From NCBI RefSeq assembly GCF_009914755.1, contig NC_060926.1: a DNA stretch of 64,000 nt, one strand, 5' to 3'. Under the pieces are notes generated by a model, which did not search any database, had not been told where the DNA came from, and saw nothing but the letters and a program-made list of their open reading frames with translations. The position numbers were made by a program, and so were the translations under genes. Source of the DNA: the human T2T-CHM13v2.0 reference genome, Homo sapiens. The stretch's first letter is position 1; every line of letters starts with the position of its first letter. This document shows, piece after piece, positions 39,176 through 53,504 of this stretch.

Positions 39176-41789
39176 CAGTGGTAGCTTTCAAGTTGGCTCT
39201 GTAGGCAGCTGCTTAACTAAAACCTACCTGGTTTTCTGTGTTTGTATGCTAGGGCTTTCCCACAGGTCACTTTTAAATACAGCTTAAATATTTTTAAAAC
39301 CATTTTATGAGTTCTATTAGGACAGCTAGGACATTCAAATGGAAATTCATTAGATTATTATTTAACTGTTAAATGTGTGTCAGCTTCTCTGTAGTTGAGC
39401 CATAAGCTTCTTAGAGAACTGAAAGGAAATTTTAAAAAGCCTATCCCTTTCATCACCCAGTGTGGTAGTGGTTGTATTTAGTATGTATTCACCGAATATC
39501 TGCTCAGATTAAGTAGAATCCAGAACAGTGAAAGATGTACTTTCATTGAGTAGGAATCACTGGTTCCAGAAAACAAGAAATTGTTAGCATCTGAGGACAA
39601 AGACTACCAGTTATTTTAATGTTTTTTTAGAGCATTTTGAAGAAGATGGAAACTTAATAAAATTTTAATTATCATGTGTTTATCTTCAATTGGTGATTAG
39701 AAAATGTTTTCCAAACTTTTTGTGTTCAGCATGAAATAAAAACACAAAATAATTTTATTAGCAGAAAAGTTCTACTAATGTAACATAAAACTACAATGAA
39801 ATATACAATTTTGGGATGTTATCGACTAAATATCATTAAGTTTCTCCTGCTATAGAATTTAATACTTGTTTGTCCATTGTAAAACATGAATATTACTACC
39901 TTACAATTTTATCTAACCTTCAATATATTTGTAGTTTAGGCCAAAAACATCTATGTTCTCATGTCACAAAAAAACATTTAGCTCAAGTGAATTGACTTCC
40001 TCTATCATAATCAACTCTATGTAATTAAGAAATTACTAAACCTTGAAGAGGAACAATCAATAAAGTAAACATTTTTGATCCATTACATATAATGTTAACT
40101 CTCAAGCATGTTTGGTGAAGCTATGCTTTCATATAATGCTTTCAATGCATTATTAGATAAGAAGACAAGTTCTCAGTAAGGTTGTGGTATATAAGTATTA
40201 ATAAGCATTGAAGGCCTAACAGCACTGGCTGTCAAATCTGTGTGTATTAATGTGAATTAATGAGCTTTTCCTCTCCCAAGAGGAAAACAGTTTATTACAG
40301 GTTAAACAATGATGAGCAAAACACAGGCAATGCCAGTGTGATAGAAAGCCTTCAATTTAGAGAAGTGACCTTTAAAAGGGATTGCATAAATAACCCCAAG
40401 ATAATCAGTTGGTATAATATTTTGGGTTTAGAGTTTAGATGGTAGTAAAAGCGTGTTTATTGATTGGTTTGATTTTTTAAAATTGTACCCCTTGGGAAAT
40501 CACCTCAGTGCAGAATTAAAGTGAAAACACAATGATAACAACAAAACATGTATAACTAAAACTATCATAGAATGAAATACTGGTTTGAAAAAAATCACCC
40601 TTTTAATGTCACGCTATGGTGGAAAGTTAGGTATTTTCAATTCTCCAAATTACACAGAGAAACTAGAAAGCACTGATTATGTGTCTAGTTGTTGGTGTGG
40701 AAAGGATAATACCTTAGGACTATTAAACTAATACATTTCATTTTTAGTAATCCCTAGTTCCAAGTTGATCCAAGGCTGTGTTTAGAATCCTGCCAAGAGG
40801 ACTCACATATTTGCTTTTATATTATAGCAAAGATATCATTCTATCATTTAGGCTGAGCAGTTAGGCTTAGCACCCAAAAGAAGGAAGATTTGATACTCTG
40901 GAAGACCTTGACAGAAGGAAAGTTAAAAAGCCTGTTCCTTCTGGTCTCAGAATATGTGAAAAAGAATTAATCAGACATAGGTTTCTGACTTCCCTTCTCC
41001 AGGCTAACAAGTTTGCAAGAAAGCCAAAAATAGAGTAGCTTTTGTTGAACTTTTCTTTTGGAATGTTCATATGAAGTTGTCACTTAGGGTGGCTCTGTGT
41101 CAACATGTGAAGTAATACATGGCAATGGTAGATGAAGGTGGCTACAAAGATGAATCTGAGGCAACGTACCTGGCTCTGAGAGTCCAGCTGTGTTTGGAGG
41201 GGGTGTTGCTGGGAATTTGCCCAAAGTGGTTTGCTGCAGTAGTTGGTGAGGCCAGACATTCAATGGGAGTCACCTCTAAACTCCATGAAGATAGCTGCAC
41301 AGGAAGTAAGATTTAACTAGGGGTTGAATCAGTGACAGTTGGATGGGGTGGAGGTGAAGTGTCAGCAGGCCATTACTGAGCAAAGATAACAGACCTTATA
41401 TTCCTTTGTAAAACAATGGCATATCTAAGGATTGCACCAGCCACCTCACAGTAGAGACCAGCACAAGGATGGCAGGCTACATGGAAGGGAAAATCCCTTG
41501 AATTCTGTAAGCTTTCCCCTATACCCAGATGTCAGCTTGGGAAGAGGAGGATGAAAAGTACAACTCTGAAATTGAGCTAAACTTTGAGTTGACTAAATAT
41601 TTTACATTACAGAGGTTGTTTAAACTGGAGCTATCAATTGGCCATTTTGAGATAAGTCCTTGTCCTCTCACTTCCTTCCAAATAGGGTAGAATATTGAGA
41701 AGGATATTAAATGGAGTTATAGAAAATAAAATAGAATTTTTTTTTTGCACATTTCATTAATAGTATAAATTTGAGAATTTGCTAGTGAA

Positions 41790-43400
41790 TCTGCTGTGCT
41801 TATCCCCACTCCCCAAGTCCTCACTCTCAGCTGAGCTGGCTTCCTTTTTCTCTAAGAAAATTGAAGTAATCTGAAGGGAATTTCCACAAGTTTTCATCGC
41901 TACATCTATTTACTTATAAATTTCTGTGACCATATACTCTGTCTTCACATCTGAGACATTAGAGGAGCTGTCTGATTCATCCAAAGGCAACTCTTCTACT
42001 AGGACCTTAGATCCTATCTCCTCTTACCTATTACAACTATTCTCACCTCTCTTTTGAGTAATCAATTTTTTTCTTGTTACCAATTATTCCATCATAAAAC
42101 AAACATGGCTTATCTCTGACCATCGAAAACAAGTTCTCTCAATACAATCTCATTCTTCTTCATTCCCATATCTGTGTTTTCTTTATAGCAAAACTTCTCA
42201 AATACCTCCAATATCATTCTTCAAGTTCTTTTAAAACTTACTACAATAGGCTTTCACCCCAATCATTCCACTGAAACTACTCTTATGAAGGTAACTAATG
42301 ACTTCCATATTGCTAAATAAAATGGATAATTCTTCATCTTCCTCTGTCTTGACTCATCAGCACTTAACACAGGCAATCACTTTTCTTTTTTCTCTTCCTT
42401 GACTGGCTTCCACTTCCCAGTCTCTGTTATTGGCACCTCCTCATCTTTCCAACTTCTCAATATTGGAAGCTCTAAGAGTTCAGTCCTGGAATGTTTTCTC
42501 TATTTTGTCTACACTTACTCCTTTTGTGTTCTCATTCAGTTTCATGGTTTTTAATATTATTTTATTATTTCTATGTGGACATCTCCCAAATTTTTATATC
42601 CAGCCTGAAAATGGGTCTTCTGAACTTTTACCTCCTATAGTGAATTGCCTACTCAACAACTCCACTTGGATATGTAATACGTATCTCAAATGTAACATGT
42701 ACAAACAGAACCTTCCCCTTCTCAGCTGATGATAGCTACATCCTATGGTTGCTCAGGCCAAAGAGCCTTGGAGTCATCATTGATTCCTCCTTTTCTCTGA
42801 CAATCTATATGAAAGCCATCAGCAAATCCTAGAATCCAGCTCTGTCTCACTACCTCCACTACCACTGTCGGTTTTTAGTCTCTCATCTTTGTCTCCCTAG
42901 AGTCTATTCTTAGCTCAACCAGAGTGATGCTTTGAATGTAAGTTATGTCACGTCTCTCCTCGGCTTAAAACCCTCAAATGGCTACCTACGTCCCTCAGAG
43001 TAAAAACTAAAGTTTGTATCCTGATCTATAAGTTCTTACAGTCTTCATGGCCCCTCTCCCCCACCTCTTTATCTCATCTTTTACTACTTCTCATTCTTAC
43101 TCTGCATAGCTGCACCAGTTTTCTGTCTCTCAAACACACTGGGTACATTCTGATCTCAGGGCTTTTGCCTTTGCTCCTCTTTCTTTCTGGAAAGCTCATC
43201 CCTAATTTCTGCATGATTCAAGCTCTCCCAGTATTTGTTTTTATTTCTCAAATGACACATTTTCAGTAGGACCTTCCTTGACTACCCTATTTAAAATTAC
43301 AATCTCCACCCCTAATATGGCATTTCTTATCCTTTTTTCCTGCTTTGTTTTTCTCCATAGCTTTTATGACTTTCTGATATCCTGAACAAGTTATTGATTT
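41790..43400 (+). mobile_element. L2 LINE fragment (RT region to 3' end)
   Basis: GGCTTTCACCCCAATCATTCCACTGAAACTACTCTTATGAAGGTAACTAATGAC = GFHPNHSTETTLMKVTND, the L2 RT motif; pyrimidine-rich. Confidence 0.8.
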
Positions 43401-43839
43401 TTTTTAATAATAAGGCTCTATTTTAATGTTGTGTGAATTACCAAGAAGTAGAGATTGACTGTAATTTCCCAAAGACAGAACATTCATTTCACAGCTACAC
43501 AAGAACAGGGCTACGAGTGAAAAGGCACCCTAATTTGGGATAGTGTGAAGAAACATAGTTTGTGTTTTGGACAATTTATAGAGACAAATTTCCAGGGGAC
43601 CTAAGAATACTGTTGGTCCATATGGATATAAAGTGAAAAATGAAAGAACTCATGCAAAAATCTATGCTATCTTTATTCTTCCTAGGTTAATTAAATCTCT
43701 ATTTAATGCAAATTTTATAAGTGTATTCTGCTGTTATTGGAGAAAATGAATGTTTTCAAAGAATTCCTATGCTCCAACTTATGAAACCATACTCTGTCTA
43801 GACAAGGGCATAGGAGATATTTCTAAATACTAATAATAA

Positions 43840-46110
43840 ACTCAGAAAAAGAGATAAAACCATCTTATTTACAATAGCATAAAAAACTTAGAAATAAATT
43901 TAAACAAAGAAGTGAAAGATCTGTACACAGAAAACTACAAAACATTGATAACAATGGAAGAAACATAAATAAATGGAAAGATATTCCATGTTCATGGATT
44001 GGAAGAATTAATGTTGTTAAAATGTTCATATTTACCCAAAGTGATATGTAGATATAATGCAATTCCTATCAAAATCCAATGACAGTTTTCATAGAAATAG
44101 AAAAAAAAATTCTAAAATTCATATGGAACCACAAAAGAGGGAGGCATTATATTACCTGCTCTCAATATTGACTACAAAGCTATGGTAATTAAAACAGTAT
44201 GGTAGTGGCATAAAAACAGACACACAGACCAATGGAGAATAGAGAGTCCAGAAGTAAACCCAAACGCATACAGTCAACTAATTTTTGACAATGGCACCAA
44301 TGAGATGGCATGGGGAAAGGTTAGTCTCTTCAGTAAATGGTGCTGGGAGAAAATATCCACAGGCAAAATAATAAAATCAGACCCTTATATTAAGGAATGC
44401 AAAAAAACAAAAACAAAAACCTCAAAATGGCTTAAAGACCTGCACATAAGACCTGAAACTACAAAACCCCGACAAGAAAACATAGGTGCAGAGCTCCTTG
44501 ACTTTGGCCTTGGCAATGATTTTTTGCTTATAGCTCCAAAAGCACATGCAATAGAAGCAAAAATAAACAAGAGGGACTACATCAAACTAAAAAGCTTCTG
44601 CACAGCAAAGGAAACAATCATCAAAATGAAAAGGTAGCCTACAGATTGGGTGAAAATATTTGCAAACCATACATCTAATAAGGGGCTAATATCCAAAATA
44701 TATAAGGAACTCACACAACTCAATAGCAAAAAAAATGAATAACCTGATTAAAAAATGGGCAAAGAACCTTAATAAATTTTTCCAAAGGAGACATAAAAAC
44801 AGCAACAGGTATCTGAAAAGGTTCTCAACATTACTAATCATCAAGAAAATGCAAATCAGAACTGCAATGAGATATTACTTCACATCTGTTAGGATGGTTA
44901 TTATGAAAAAGACAAGAGGTAGCAAATGTTGGGGAAGGAGTGGAAAAAAGAGAACCTTTGTACACTGTTGGTGGGAACGTAGATTGGTGCAGCCACTGTG
45001 GAAAACGGTATGGAGGTTTCCTACATAGTCCAAAACTAAATATAGAATTACCATATCTCCAAAATATGATAGAACTGTTATAATTCCAGAAATTAAATCT
45101 AGAACTACAATATGATCCAGCAATCCCACTTCTGGAAATATACCCCCAAGGAAATAAAATCTCCGCTCCTGTAGCTAGCTGCTGTCTCATGTTAACTGCA
45201 GCATTATTCACAATTGCCAAGATATGGAAACAATTAAAGTGTCCTTTGATGGATGAATAAAGAAATTGTGGTATATAATGAAATATTATTCAGCCTTAAA
45301 AAAGGAGATGCTGCCATTTGTGACAACATAGGTGAATGTAGAGGATGTTATGTGAGGTGAAATAAACAATACAAAAATACTGCATGATCTCATTTATATG
45401 TGGAATTTTTTTAAAAAATGAAATATGTAGAAACAGTAGGACAGTGGTATCAGGAGCTGGGAGATGGGAGGTAGGAAAGTGTAGGCCAAAGGATACAAAG
45501 TCACAATTATGCCCAACGAGTAAATCTAGAGTCTAATGTACAATATGAGGGCCAGGTGCAGTGGCTCATGCCTGTAATCCCAGCACTTTGGGAGGCTGAG
45601 GTGGGCGAATCACTTGAGATCAGTAGTTCATGACCAGCCTGGACAACATGGTGAAACCCCGTCTCTACTAAAAATACAAAAATTAGCTGGGTGTGGTGGT
45701 GGGCACCTGTAATCCCACCTACTTGGGGGGCTGAGAGAGGAGAATTGCTTGAACCCGGAAGGCGGAGGTTGCGGTGAGCCAGGATTGCCCCGCTGGACTC
45801 CAGCCTGGGCAACAGAGTGAGACTCTGTCTCAATAATAATAATAATAATAAATGTACAACGTGAGGACTATAGTTAATAATATTGTATTATATACTGGTA
45901 ATTTGCCAAAAGAATAAATTTTAGATACTCTTACCATCAAAAAAAAAAAAAGAGAAAAGAAAGGTAACTGAGATTATAATTTGCTAAACTGTAATAATCC
46001 ATTTACTATGTGCGTGTTCATTATATATATATATATATATATACACACACATATACATAAACATGTTGTAGCCCTAAAATCTATGCAATAAAATTTAAAA
46101 AATAAAAACA
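43840..46110 (+). mobile_element. L1MA/MB 3' ~2 kb (ORF2 C-terminus and 3'UTR) with a nested Alu
   Basis: ORF 44305..44637 and 44735..45028 are ORF2-like; ends in CAATAAAA and an A-rich tail. Confidence 0.87.
45550..45850 (+). mobile_element. AluS with an (AAT)n tail
   Basis: TSD AATGTACAATATGAG (45535-45549) / AATGTACAACGTGAG (45851-45865). Confidence 0.92.
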
Positions 46111-46294
46111 CCCAAGATGTCTTTTCCTCCTAATTAAATTTATATTTGCTATAAATTTAAGTTTATTGTCCCATTCCAAGTGCTAGTGAAGGATTTCAAA
46201 GAAGTCCTTTGTTCGATGTTATTAGCGATATCCTACTGTATCTATACCAAGGCATGGGAGGCACTGACGATTGCAACTAAGACTTACCAAACCA

Positions 46295-46505
46295 CAGGGG
46301 TTCTCAAAATTTAGGGTGGGTAAGAATCACTTGGAGTAGGTTGGGAGTTGAAGAAAACTTGTTAAAAATGCACATTTCCTGGCTGTAACATAAGGTATTC
46401 TGAACCAATAGATTTGGGGCCTAAGTTGGTAATCTGCAGTTTCAGTATGCTCCTCTGGTGATCTTGAACAGGTGGTCCATCTCGCCTCCTTTGGGAAACA
46501 CTGCA
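46295..46505. mobile_element. MER5-type DNA transposon fossil
   Basis: CAGGGGTTCTCAAAATT...GAATCACTTGGAG...TTTGGGAAACACTG termini. Confidence 0.68.
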
Positions 46506-47349
46506 CCAATGTTTATTATCGTAGAAGAAAATTACATAGAAGAAATCTAGAAGAAATTTCAACGAATTTTAGAACACTGAAGAATTTAGGGGTCCAGATA
46601 GCTTTCTTATTTTTTTGTTGTTCAAATCTTATCTTTTGTAAGAGAAATTTGAATAGCTAGGGACATTGGTGATATCAGAAACCTAGATTTCACTTCCTCT
46701 ATCATTGTTTATAAAATCAAAACGATGGAGTCCTAAGAACAGACTAAATTTATTTTATAAACACCAAAAGAATGTATTTGATAGGAAACTAGCACCTGAT
46801 CAAAGTGAATATTGACATGGAGGGAGAAATTTCCTGAGAAGGCTGTAAAACTGGCGTTATGTTAGTTTACAAGAAAATGAAGCTGCATGAAGAGGATATT
46901 TATTAAATAGTGAAACATTAGGTCTCTCTGTTGTTTGAATTATTTACAGCAAACAAAATACTTTTAGGTAAAATATGTAAACGAATACGCAGATAAGAAA
47001 ATGGACACAGGTTTTTTTCATGCGTCTTGTAACCGTTTAAAGGAGACCATTGGATTTAGTGCTTAACCAATATATGTTTTATTGTGCAAACCAAGTATTT
47101 GGATATTAATATTTTAAAAAACTGATAAAGTCTTTATCAACTTTTACTGAACACCATATTATCTACTTGACTGTTACATTGCTTTAAGAGTCCAGTCTCG
47201 ACTCACCTGTGATCCTAAGTGAAAAATAAATAACATGAGATCATTAAAATTTCCTACTGAGTTAAATTCAGATTGAATCCAGATATCTAAAAGTAAAAGT
47301 CAAAGTAACACTATCATAAACAATCTATATTAGCTTTTCAATTAATAAA

Positions 47350-47475
47350 TAAATTTTTTTAGAGATGGAGTCTATATTATCCAGGCTGGTATTTGACTCC
47401 TGGGTTCAAGCAATCTTCCCATCTCAGCCTCCCAAGTAGCTGGGACTGTAGACATGCACCACTATGCCTTGCTGA
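47350..47475 (-). mobile_element. Alu monomer (FLAM-like)
   Basis: Single antisense arm. Confidence 0.75.
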
Positions 47476-47758
47476 CTAGAATCTGTATTAGATTTTTAAA
47501 AATAAACTTTTTTTTTTGAATAATCTGAGATTTACAGAAATGTTTCAAAGACAGTATAAAGTTTTCGTTTTCCTCATTTTTTCTCTTTTTTTCTTGATTT
47601 AATTGACACATAACAACAATATATTTATATGGTGCAATGTGATGTTTACTTATATGTATATGTTGTAGAATGATTCCTCTTATGTCCCTTGCCCAGTCTC
47701 CCCTAAAGTTAACATTGTATATCATCATAGTACATTTTTGAAAACTAAGAAAATAAGC

Positions 47759-48045
47759 TAGCCATGGTGGCTCACACCTGTAATCCCAGCACTTTGGGAG
47801 GACGAGGTAGGAGGATCGCTTGAGTCCAGGGGTTCAAGACCAGCCTGGGCAAAATAGGGAGACCATGTATCTACAAAAAATACAAACATTAGCTGGTCAT
47901 GGTGGCATGTGCCTGTAGTCCCAGCTACTCAGGAGGCTGAGGTGGGAGGATCACTTGAGCCCCAGAGGTTGAGGCTGCAGTGAATTGTGTTTGCGTACTC
48001 CAGCTGGGGCAACAGAATGAGACCCTGTCTCAAAACAAAAAACAA
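47759..48045 (+). mobile_element. AluJ inside an L1MC-like fragment
   Basis: GGAGGATCGCTTGAGTCCAGG, GGGAGGATCACTTGAGCCC. Confidence 0.85.
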
Positions 48046-48224
48046 CATTGGTGCATTGTTATTAATTAAGCCCTAGACTTTATTTGGATGTCACTGTTTT
48101 CCCGCTAATGTCCTTTTGTTCTTTCAGGATCCAATTCACAATACTTTTGGTACATTGGCTGTATATATAGATGTAAAGGGCTGCATAGGCTGTACACTGC
48201 ACTACTCTGGGGGTGCCATTTACA

Positions 48225-48600
48225 TTGCTGTGCCAGGCACTGTTCATAATGCTTTACATCTATTAACTTGTTTAGTCATCACGGAAGCTCTAAAAGGTAG
48301 GCAATATAATTATCCCTATTTTACAAGTATGGGCATTGAGGACAAAGAGATTCGGTAACCTTAAAAGATCACTTAGCTAGTAAGTGGAGAAACTGAGATT
48401 CTAGTTACACAGCCTGTGCTCTTAGAGACATTCCGAATCGGCGAGCTTCCTATCCCAACTGACCAGCTATAAGAACACACTTCTTATTCCAAGGAACTGA
48501 CTGATTGACCTTAAGCAAGTCACTCAATCTCTCTGGACCTCTGTTTGCTCATCCATGAAAGTGTAGAAGTGGATTACATAATCTATACAAGTTTCCTACC
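48225..48600. mobile_element. Two MIR fragments in opposite orientation
   Basis: TATCCCTATTTTACAAGT..GAGGACAAAGAG (one strand) and GACCTTAAGCAAGTCACTCAATCTCTCTGGACCTCTGTTTGCTCATC (other strand). Confidence 0.65.
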
Positions 48601-50431
48601 TTTAAAACAAATGTATAACATTGAAACATGTATCTTTAAATTTAATTTCCAGCTCAGAGACCTACTGCATTTTTGTACTCTTGCCAATCAACTTTTAAAA
48701 AATAAAACGTTCATTAAAATCAGAATATTGAATATTAAAATTCCAATTATATTTTTAAGGAGGATCTATATATCACATTGAGACACTTCTTTTTTTGCCT
48801 CGGGTTGTTAGCTTGTTGATTTTGAATTTTATATCATGCTTTTGAATACTACTCAATTTTACATATGCCCTTTGTATGCCAATAAAACTAAACTAAATGT
48901 CACTTCTTATGTAGGAATGCACAAGCAAATAAACAGTATATAGCCACATATTTCAGTAGATTAAACTCAGTTGAAATTATCCCACATGCTGGCACTGTAA
49001 TATGCTATTGATCTCAGATTGCATTTTCTGTTTCTTTATAATTGAATTTTGTTCCCAAATGAAAGAGCATGTTCATTTTCAGTTTGTGTTTAGTGAAACA
49101 AAAACTGCATCTGGGATCAGTTTCATCATGTGCCCAATGGAGGACTAAGTATGAAGTATACCACCTTCTTGGAAGAGATTGTTTTTCCCTGAAAGTGCTA
49201 AATTTTAGATCTGAACTGCCATAAAAATTCTTCATGATTATATCCACAAATCAGGATATACACAAAACTATGGATTTTTCCCCTATGAATGACAAGTAAT
49301 GGAAGATATGCTGTAATTACATAAATTAACCCATCTCTAGAGACTAAGGGAAATTAAGATCGAAGGAAGTAGGACAGAGGGCTTAAAAATAAAACAAAAA
49401 AGACCTTAAAATAGAAAATAGTATGCCAAAACTAGAGGTGATTTTCTTTCTAATGCTAGACCTTCCTTTGATTCTTTTAATTACAATGAGACGGAAATTT
49501 TAGGACACTAAGGGAGACAGATTATTCAAAGGCTTTTGCATGCCCTTTATTCTCTTTCAAATACAATACTCCCCATAATAGTGTAATACTATTAATCATA
49601 CTGCTTTCAGCCCTCTACCTGAAGGTGACAGTCTTCAGCTGTTCCAGAAGGTCCTGGGTCCCAAAGTTCCTGTTACTCACTGCTGATTGGGCACAGATGA
49701 GAGTGCCTAGTTTTCATTCAGCAGCCTGTTGTGGGTACAGGGTTATGGCTGCAATGAAGCAGGGCCTTTCTGATCCTTTTTATTACTCTTCTTTCATGGG
49801 GGAGGAGAGAGATAAAGTGCCTACAGTAAAATGCAGTTGCAATACATTCACTCTCACAACTCATTTTTCAAACCCCAGGGAAGACTTCCCTACATCTCTT
49901 GACCTAAGTCCTTGAAACAAAATGCAGCTGCATCCTTATGCTGTGAAATTTGTGTGTGGTGGTGGTGTTCACATCGGAGAAGGACACTGCTTCAAAGCAT
50001 GGGGAGAATGTGAGCAGAGCAAACACTTAAGTGGGAGAAAGGCAGATTGACTTTCCAAATTCTTCCAATCGGAAGGCATGAATGCTGATCCCCACAGTGC
50101 CTAGTGTCATTTTCTTGTTTCACTTGGTGTCCAGCATGAGATTTTGGAAGTACTTATGTGTTAGTAAGGTATTCTCAATGGTTGCACATGGTTGGTGAGA
50201 AATATTTTGCAATGGTGAGCAATTTATTTTTCAATGTGTGTCTATTTAGGTATGTATGAATGTAGGTATTACATTTATCTGCATGTATGTATTCTTAAAT
50301 TTTTATTAAAAATTAAACAATCTTAAATGTAATATGTTTTAAGCATAACACATTGGCAGCTAGCACATTAGCATTGAATATTAGAATTATAGATGCTTTT
50401 ATTTTCTAAAGTATTTATTTTATTAAAAACT

Positions 50432-50555
50432 CTTTTTTTTTTTTTTTTTTAAAGAAATGGGGGTCACTTTATGTTGCCCAGGCTGGACTTGAACTCTTGG
50501 GCTAAAGCAATCCTCTTGCCTCAGTCTTCCAAGTAGTTCTGGGATTACAGGCACT
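50432..50555 (-). mobile_element. FLAM-like Alu monomer
   Basis: poly-T followed by a single arm. Confidence 0.75.
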
Positions 50556-50727
50556 GCTATTTTTCTAAGTATTTAATAATATTAATTAAATTTTCAAAAA
50601 GTTAGGCAAAAAATTAATTTTAAATAACTGTGATTTAAAAATCGATTCTGTTAATATGTGTACCTTTTAATTTTAAGAAATAGTTTTGAATATTTTAAGA
50701 GAGAAATAAACTATTTGAAAATATGAG

Positions 50728-51265
50728 CCAAATGGTTAATATTGAGTGTCAACTTGGTTGGATTGAAGGATGCAAAGTATTGTTCCTGGGTGTGTCTGTG
50801 AGGGTGTTGCCAAAGGAGATTAACATTTGAGTCAGTGGACTGGGAGAGGCAGACCCACCCTCAATCTGAGTGGGCACCATCTAATCAGCTGCCAGCGGGC
50901 TATAATAAAGCAGGCAGAAGAAGTTGGAAGGACTAGACTTGCTGAGTCTTTTGGCCTTCATCTTTCTCCCATGCTGGATGCTTCCTGCCCTCAAATGTCA
51001 GGCTCCAAGTTCTTCAGGTTTTGGACTCTTGGACTTACACTAGTGATCTGCCTGGGACTCTGAGGCCTTCGGCCACAGACAGAAAGTTGCACTGTCTGTT
51101 TCCCTACTTTTGGGATTTTGGGACTGCCTTCCTTGCTCCTCAGCTTGCAGATGGTCTGTAGTGGGACTTTACCTTCTGATCGTGTGAGTCAATACTCTTT
51201 CATAAACTCTCCTTCATGTATACACTTATCCTATTAGTCCTGTCCCTCTAGAGAAGCCTAATACA
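50728..51265 (+). mobile_element. MLT2A (MLT2A2-like) solo LTR
   Basis: ATGGTTAATATTGAGTGTCAACTT...CCTATTAGTCCTGTCCCTCTAGAGAAGCCTAATACA; TSD ATGAG (50723-50727 and 51266-51270). Confidence 0.9.
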
Positions 51266-51443
51266 ATGAGGAATAATTTAATTTTTCAGTTTTTTAGCAC
51301 TTAATTTATATTTTTGGTGCAAATATATCCACATTTGAACACTTTGAAGACAATTACATTTACTTTTTAATTCTTTAAATAATTGAGGGTGAATACAAGT
51401 CAAAATTGTGATAAAAATAGATTGAGTAGAAATAGCAATCATT

Positions 51444-51605
51444 TGGTTATGCATGCCTGTAGTTTCAGCTACTCAGGAGGCTGAGGCAAGAGGATCCCTT
51501 CAGCCCAGGAGTTCAAGGCTGTAGTGCACTATGATCATGCCTGTGAATAGTCACTGCACTCCAGCCTAGACAATCTAGCGAGACACCAACTCTTAAAAAA
51601 AAAAG
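51444..51605 (+). mobile_element. FRAM-like Alu monomer
   Basis: Single right-arm-like unit with an A tail. Confidence 0.75.
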
Positions 51606-51699
51606 ACAAAATTGACTATCACTTTTTAAGCACTTCTCTCAGAAATGAAGCTCAGGAAAGAAGAAAATTGGGGAAAAAGCTGGGGTTGGGGGGAATAGA

Positions 51700-52117
51700 A
51701 AGACTTGCTTCCGACAAACAGAATAAGGCAAAATGAGAGTGTTATGTCTTCTGAGGACCAGGTTGCAAAGATAGTGTGACTTCTTTCTTTTGGATCTCTT
51801 GCTCTGTGGGAAACTAGCTGCCATGCTTTGAGGACACTCAAGCAATTCAATGGAGAGAACATACAGCAAAGAACTGAAGCCTCTTGCCCACAGCTACATG
51901 GGTCAGCCATTTCAGAAATGAGTCCTGTGGCCTCATTTCAGCCTGGAGGAGACTGTAGCCGCAGTTGACATGTGAACCTTCTGAGAGACTGAGCCACGAT
52001 GACCCAGTTTAGCTGCTTCCAAATTCCTGACCTACAGGAATTAACAACAAATATATATTGTTTTAAGCTGCTATATTTTTGAAAATTTTGGTTATGTGGG
52101 AATAGGTAATTAATACA
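51700..52117 (+). mobile_element. MLT1 (F-like) LTR
   Basis: AGCTGCCATGCTTTGAGGACACTCAAGCA ... TTGTTTTAAGCTGCTA ... AATAGGTAATTAATACA end. Confidence 0.72.
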
Positions 52118-52119
52118 AC

Positions 52120-53300
52120 CTGTTTTAATCTATTCTCATAACAGCAACCAAACCATGTTTTAAAAATATGTCAGATCATTTTGTCCAGTTTTTTTCATCA
52201 AAGAGAAAAAGTCAGATCATGGACTTCTCACAACTGTCCTATGGCTGTCCATTTCCCTCAGAGCAAAATCCAAAGTCTTTAATGGCCTTCAAGATCTGGC
52301 CCCTTCTCTCACTGTTCCCTCACTGACCTCAGCTCCTCCTTTCTCTCTCACTCAGCTTCAGCCACCCTCTTCTCTTTGATCTTCCTCAAACATCCCAGGA
52401 ATGCTCCCACTTTAGAACTGTTGTACTTGTGGTTCCTGCCAACCAAAATCCCAGATAGCCACACAGCTAACTTCCTCATTTCTTTCAAATCAGCTTAAAT
52501 GTTACTGTTCCAATGATGTATATACTCTGATCACTCTATTATATTTAAAATCGCACTGCTATCTCTTGCTTTGGGACCCCTCATGCCATTTGTCATGCTT
52601 TAATTCACACTAACATATAATTTCCTTTTTAATGTTTATATTATATAATGCTTATTTTTTACTGTTTTCTTCTCCCAAATCGCAGGAATTTTTGTTACTT
52701 TGTTTATTGATATAAACAAAAACTTGCCTAAAATCGTGCATGGCAGATAGTAGGTGCTCAATATATGTTTGTTGACTGATTTCCTCATTCCCAGCACCTC
52801 ACTTTCAAAGCACATCCCTCAATAGCAGGCACTCATTCAGTTTAAGGCACTGAATCCTAAGGCTTGTATGATCCATCTGAGGCTTTTGAAGAATATATGC
52901 AAACACCATAAATATGGCCATCATTCATTCATTCACTCAATAAATATTTTTTCTTGAATGCTTTTTAGATTACAGGCATTTTGCTTGGTACTGAGGATAC
53001 AAACATAAATAAAACACAGTTATGATCTAAAGAAAGTTATAGTTTAATAGGAAGAAAAAGCAAACAGTTCATTACAGGAAATGGGAAAGGGTGGTAAGTT
53101 AAAGATGCTTTGGGGATACCTAAGTAGAGATATATTTGTCTATAGAGTTTATGGGAGAGGTTTGGGCAAGACGTATATTTGGTTGTCATTGTCATATAGG
53201 AAGTGAATGAAGTCACTCAGGAAGAATATACACAATGGAAATAGGAGGTCCAGAATCAAATTTTGAGAAATATTTGCAGTGAGAAGGAGAGGATGTAGTT
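52120..53300. mobile_element. L2 3' fragments (+ strand to ~52780, - strand from ~52920)
   Basis: GTAGGTGCTCAATATATGTTTGTTGACTGA (L2 3' end) and TCATTCATTCATTCACTCAATAAATATTT (antisense L2 tail). Confidence 0.7.
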
Positions 53301-53504
53301 ACAGAGGCAGTTAAAAGTATTTTTGTTCTTTTCCTTTTGGGCATGGGATAGGATTGCATTTCTCTGGTCACCGTGAAGTTATAACCACATTGCTAGCTTT
53401 GGCCAATGGAATGTTACCAGAAATGATGTGTGTAACTTCTCGGCACAGGCAATACACCAGTCAGCCGGTTCCCTTCTCCTTGGCTTGATGATTTGAAATG
53501 CATT

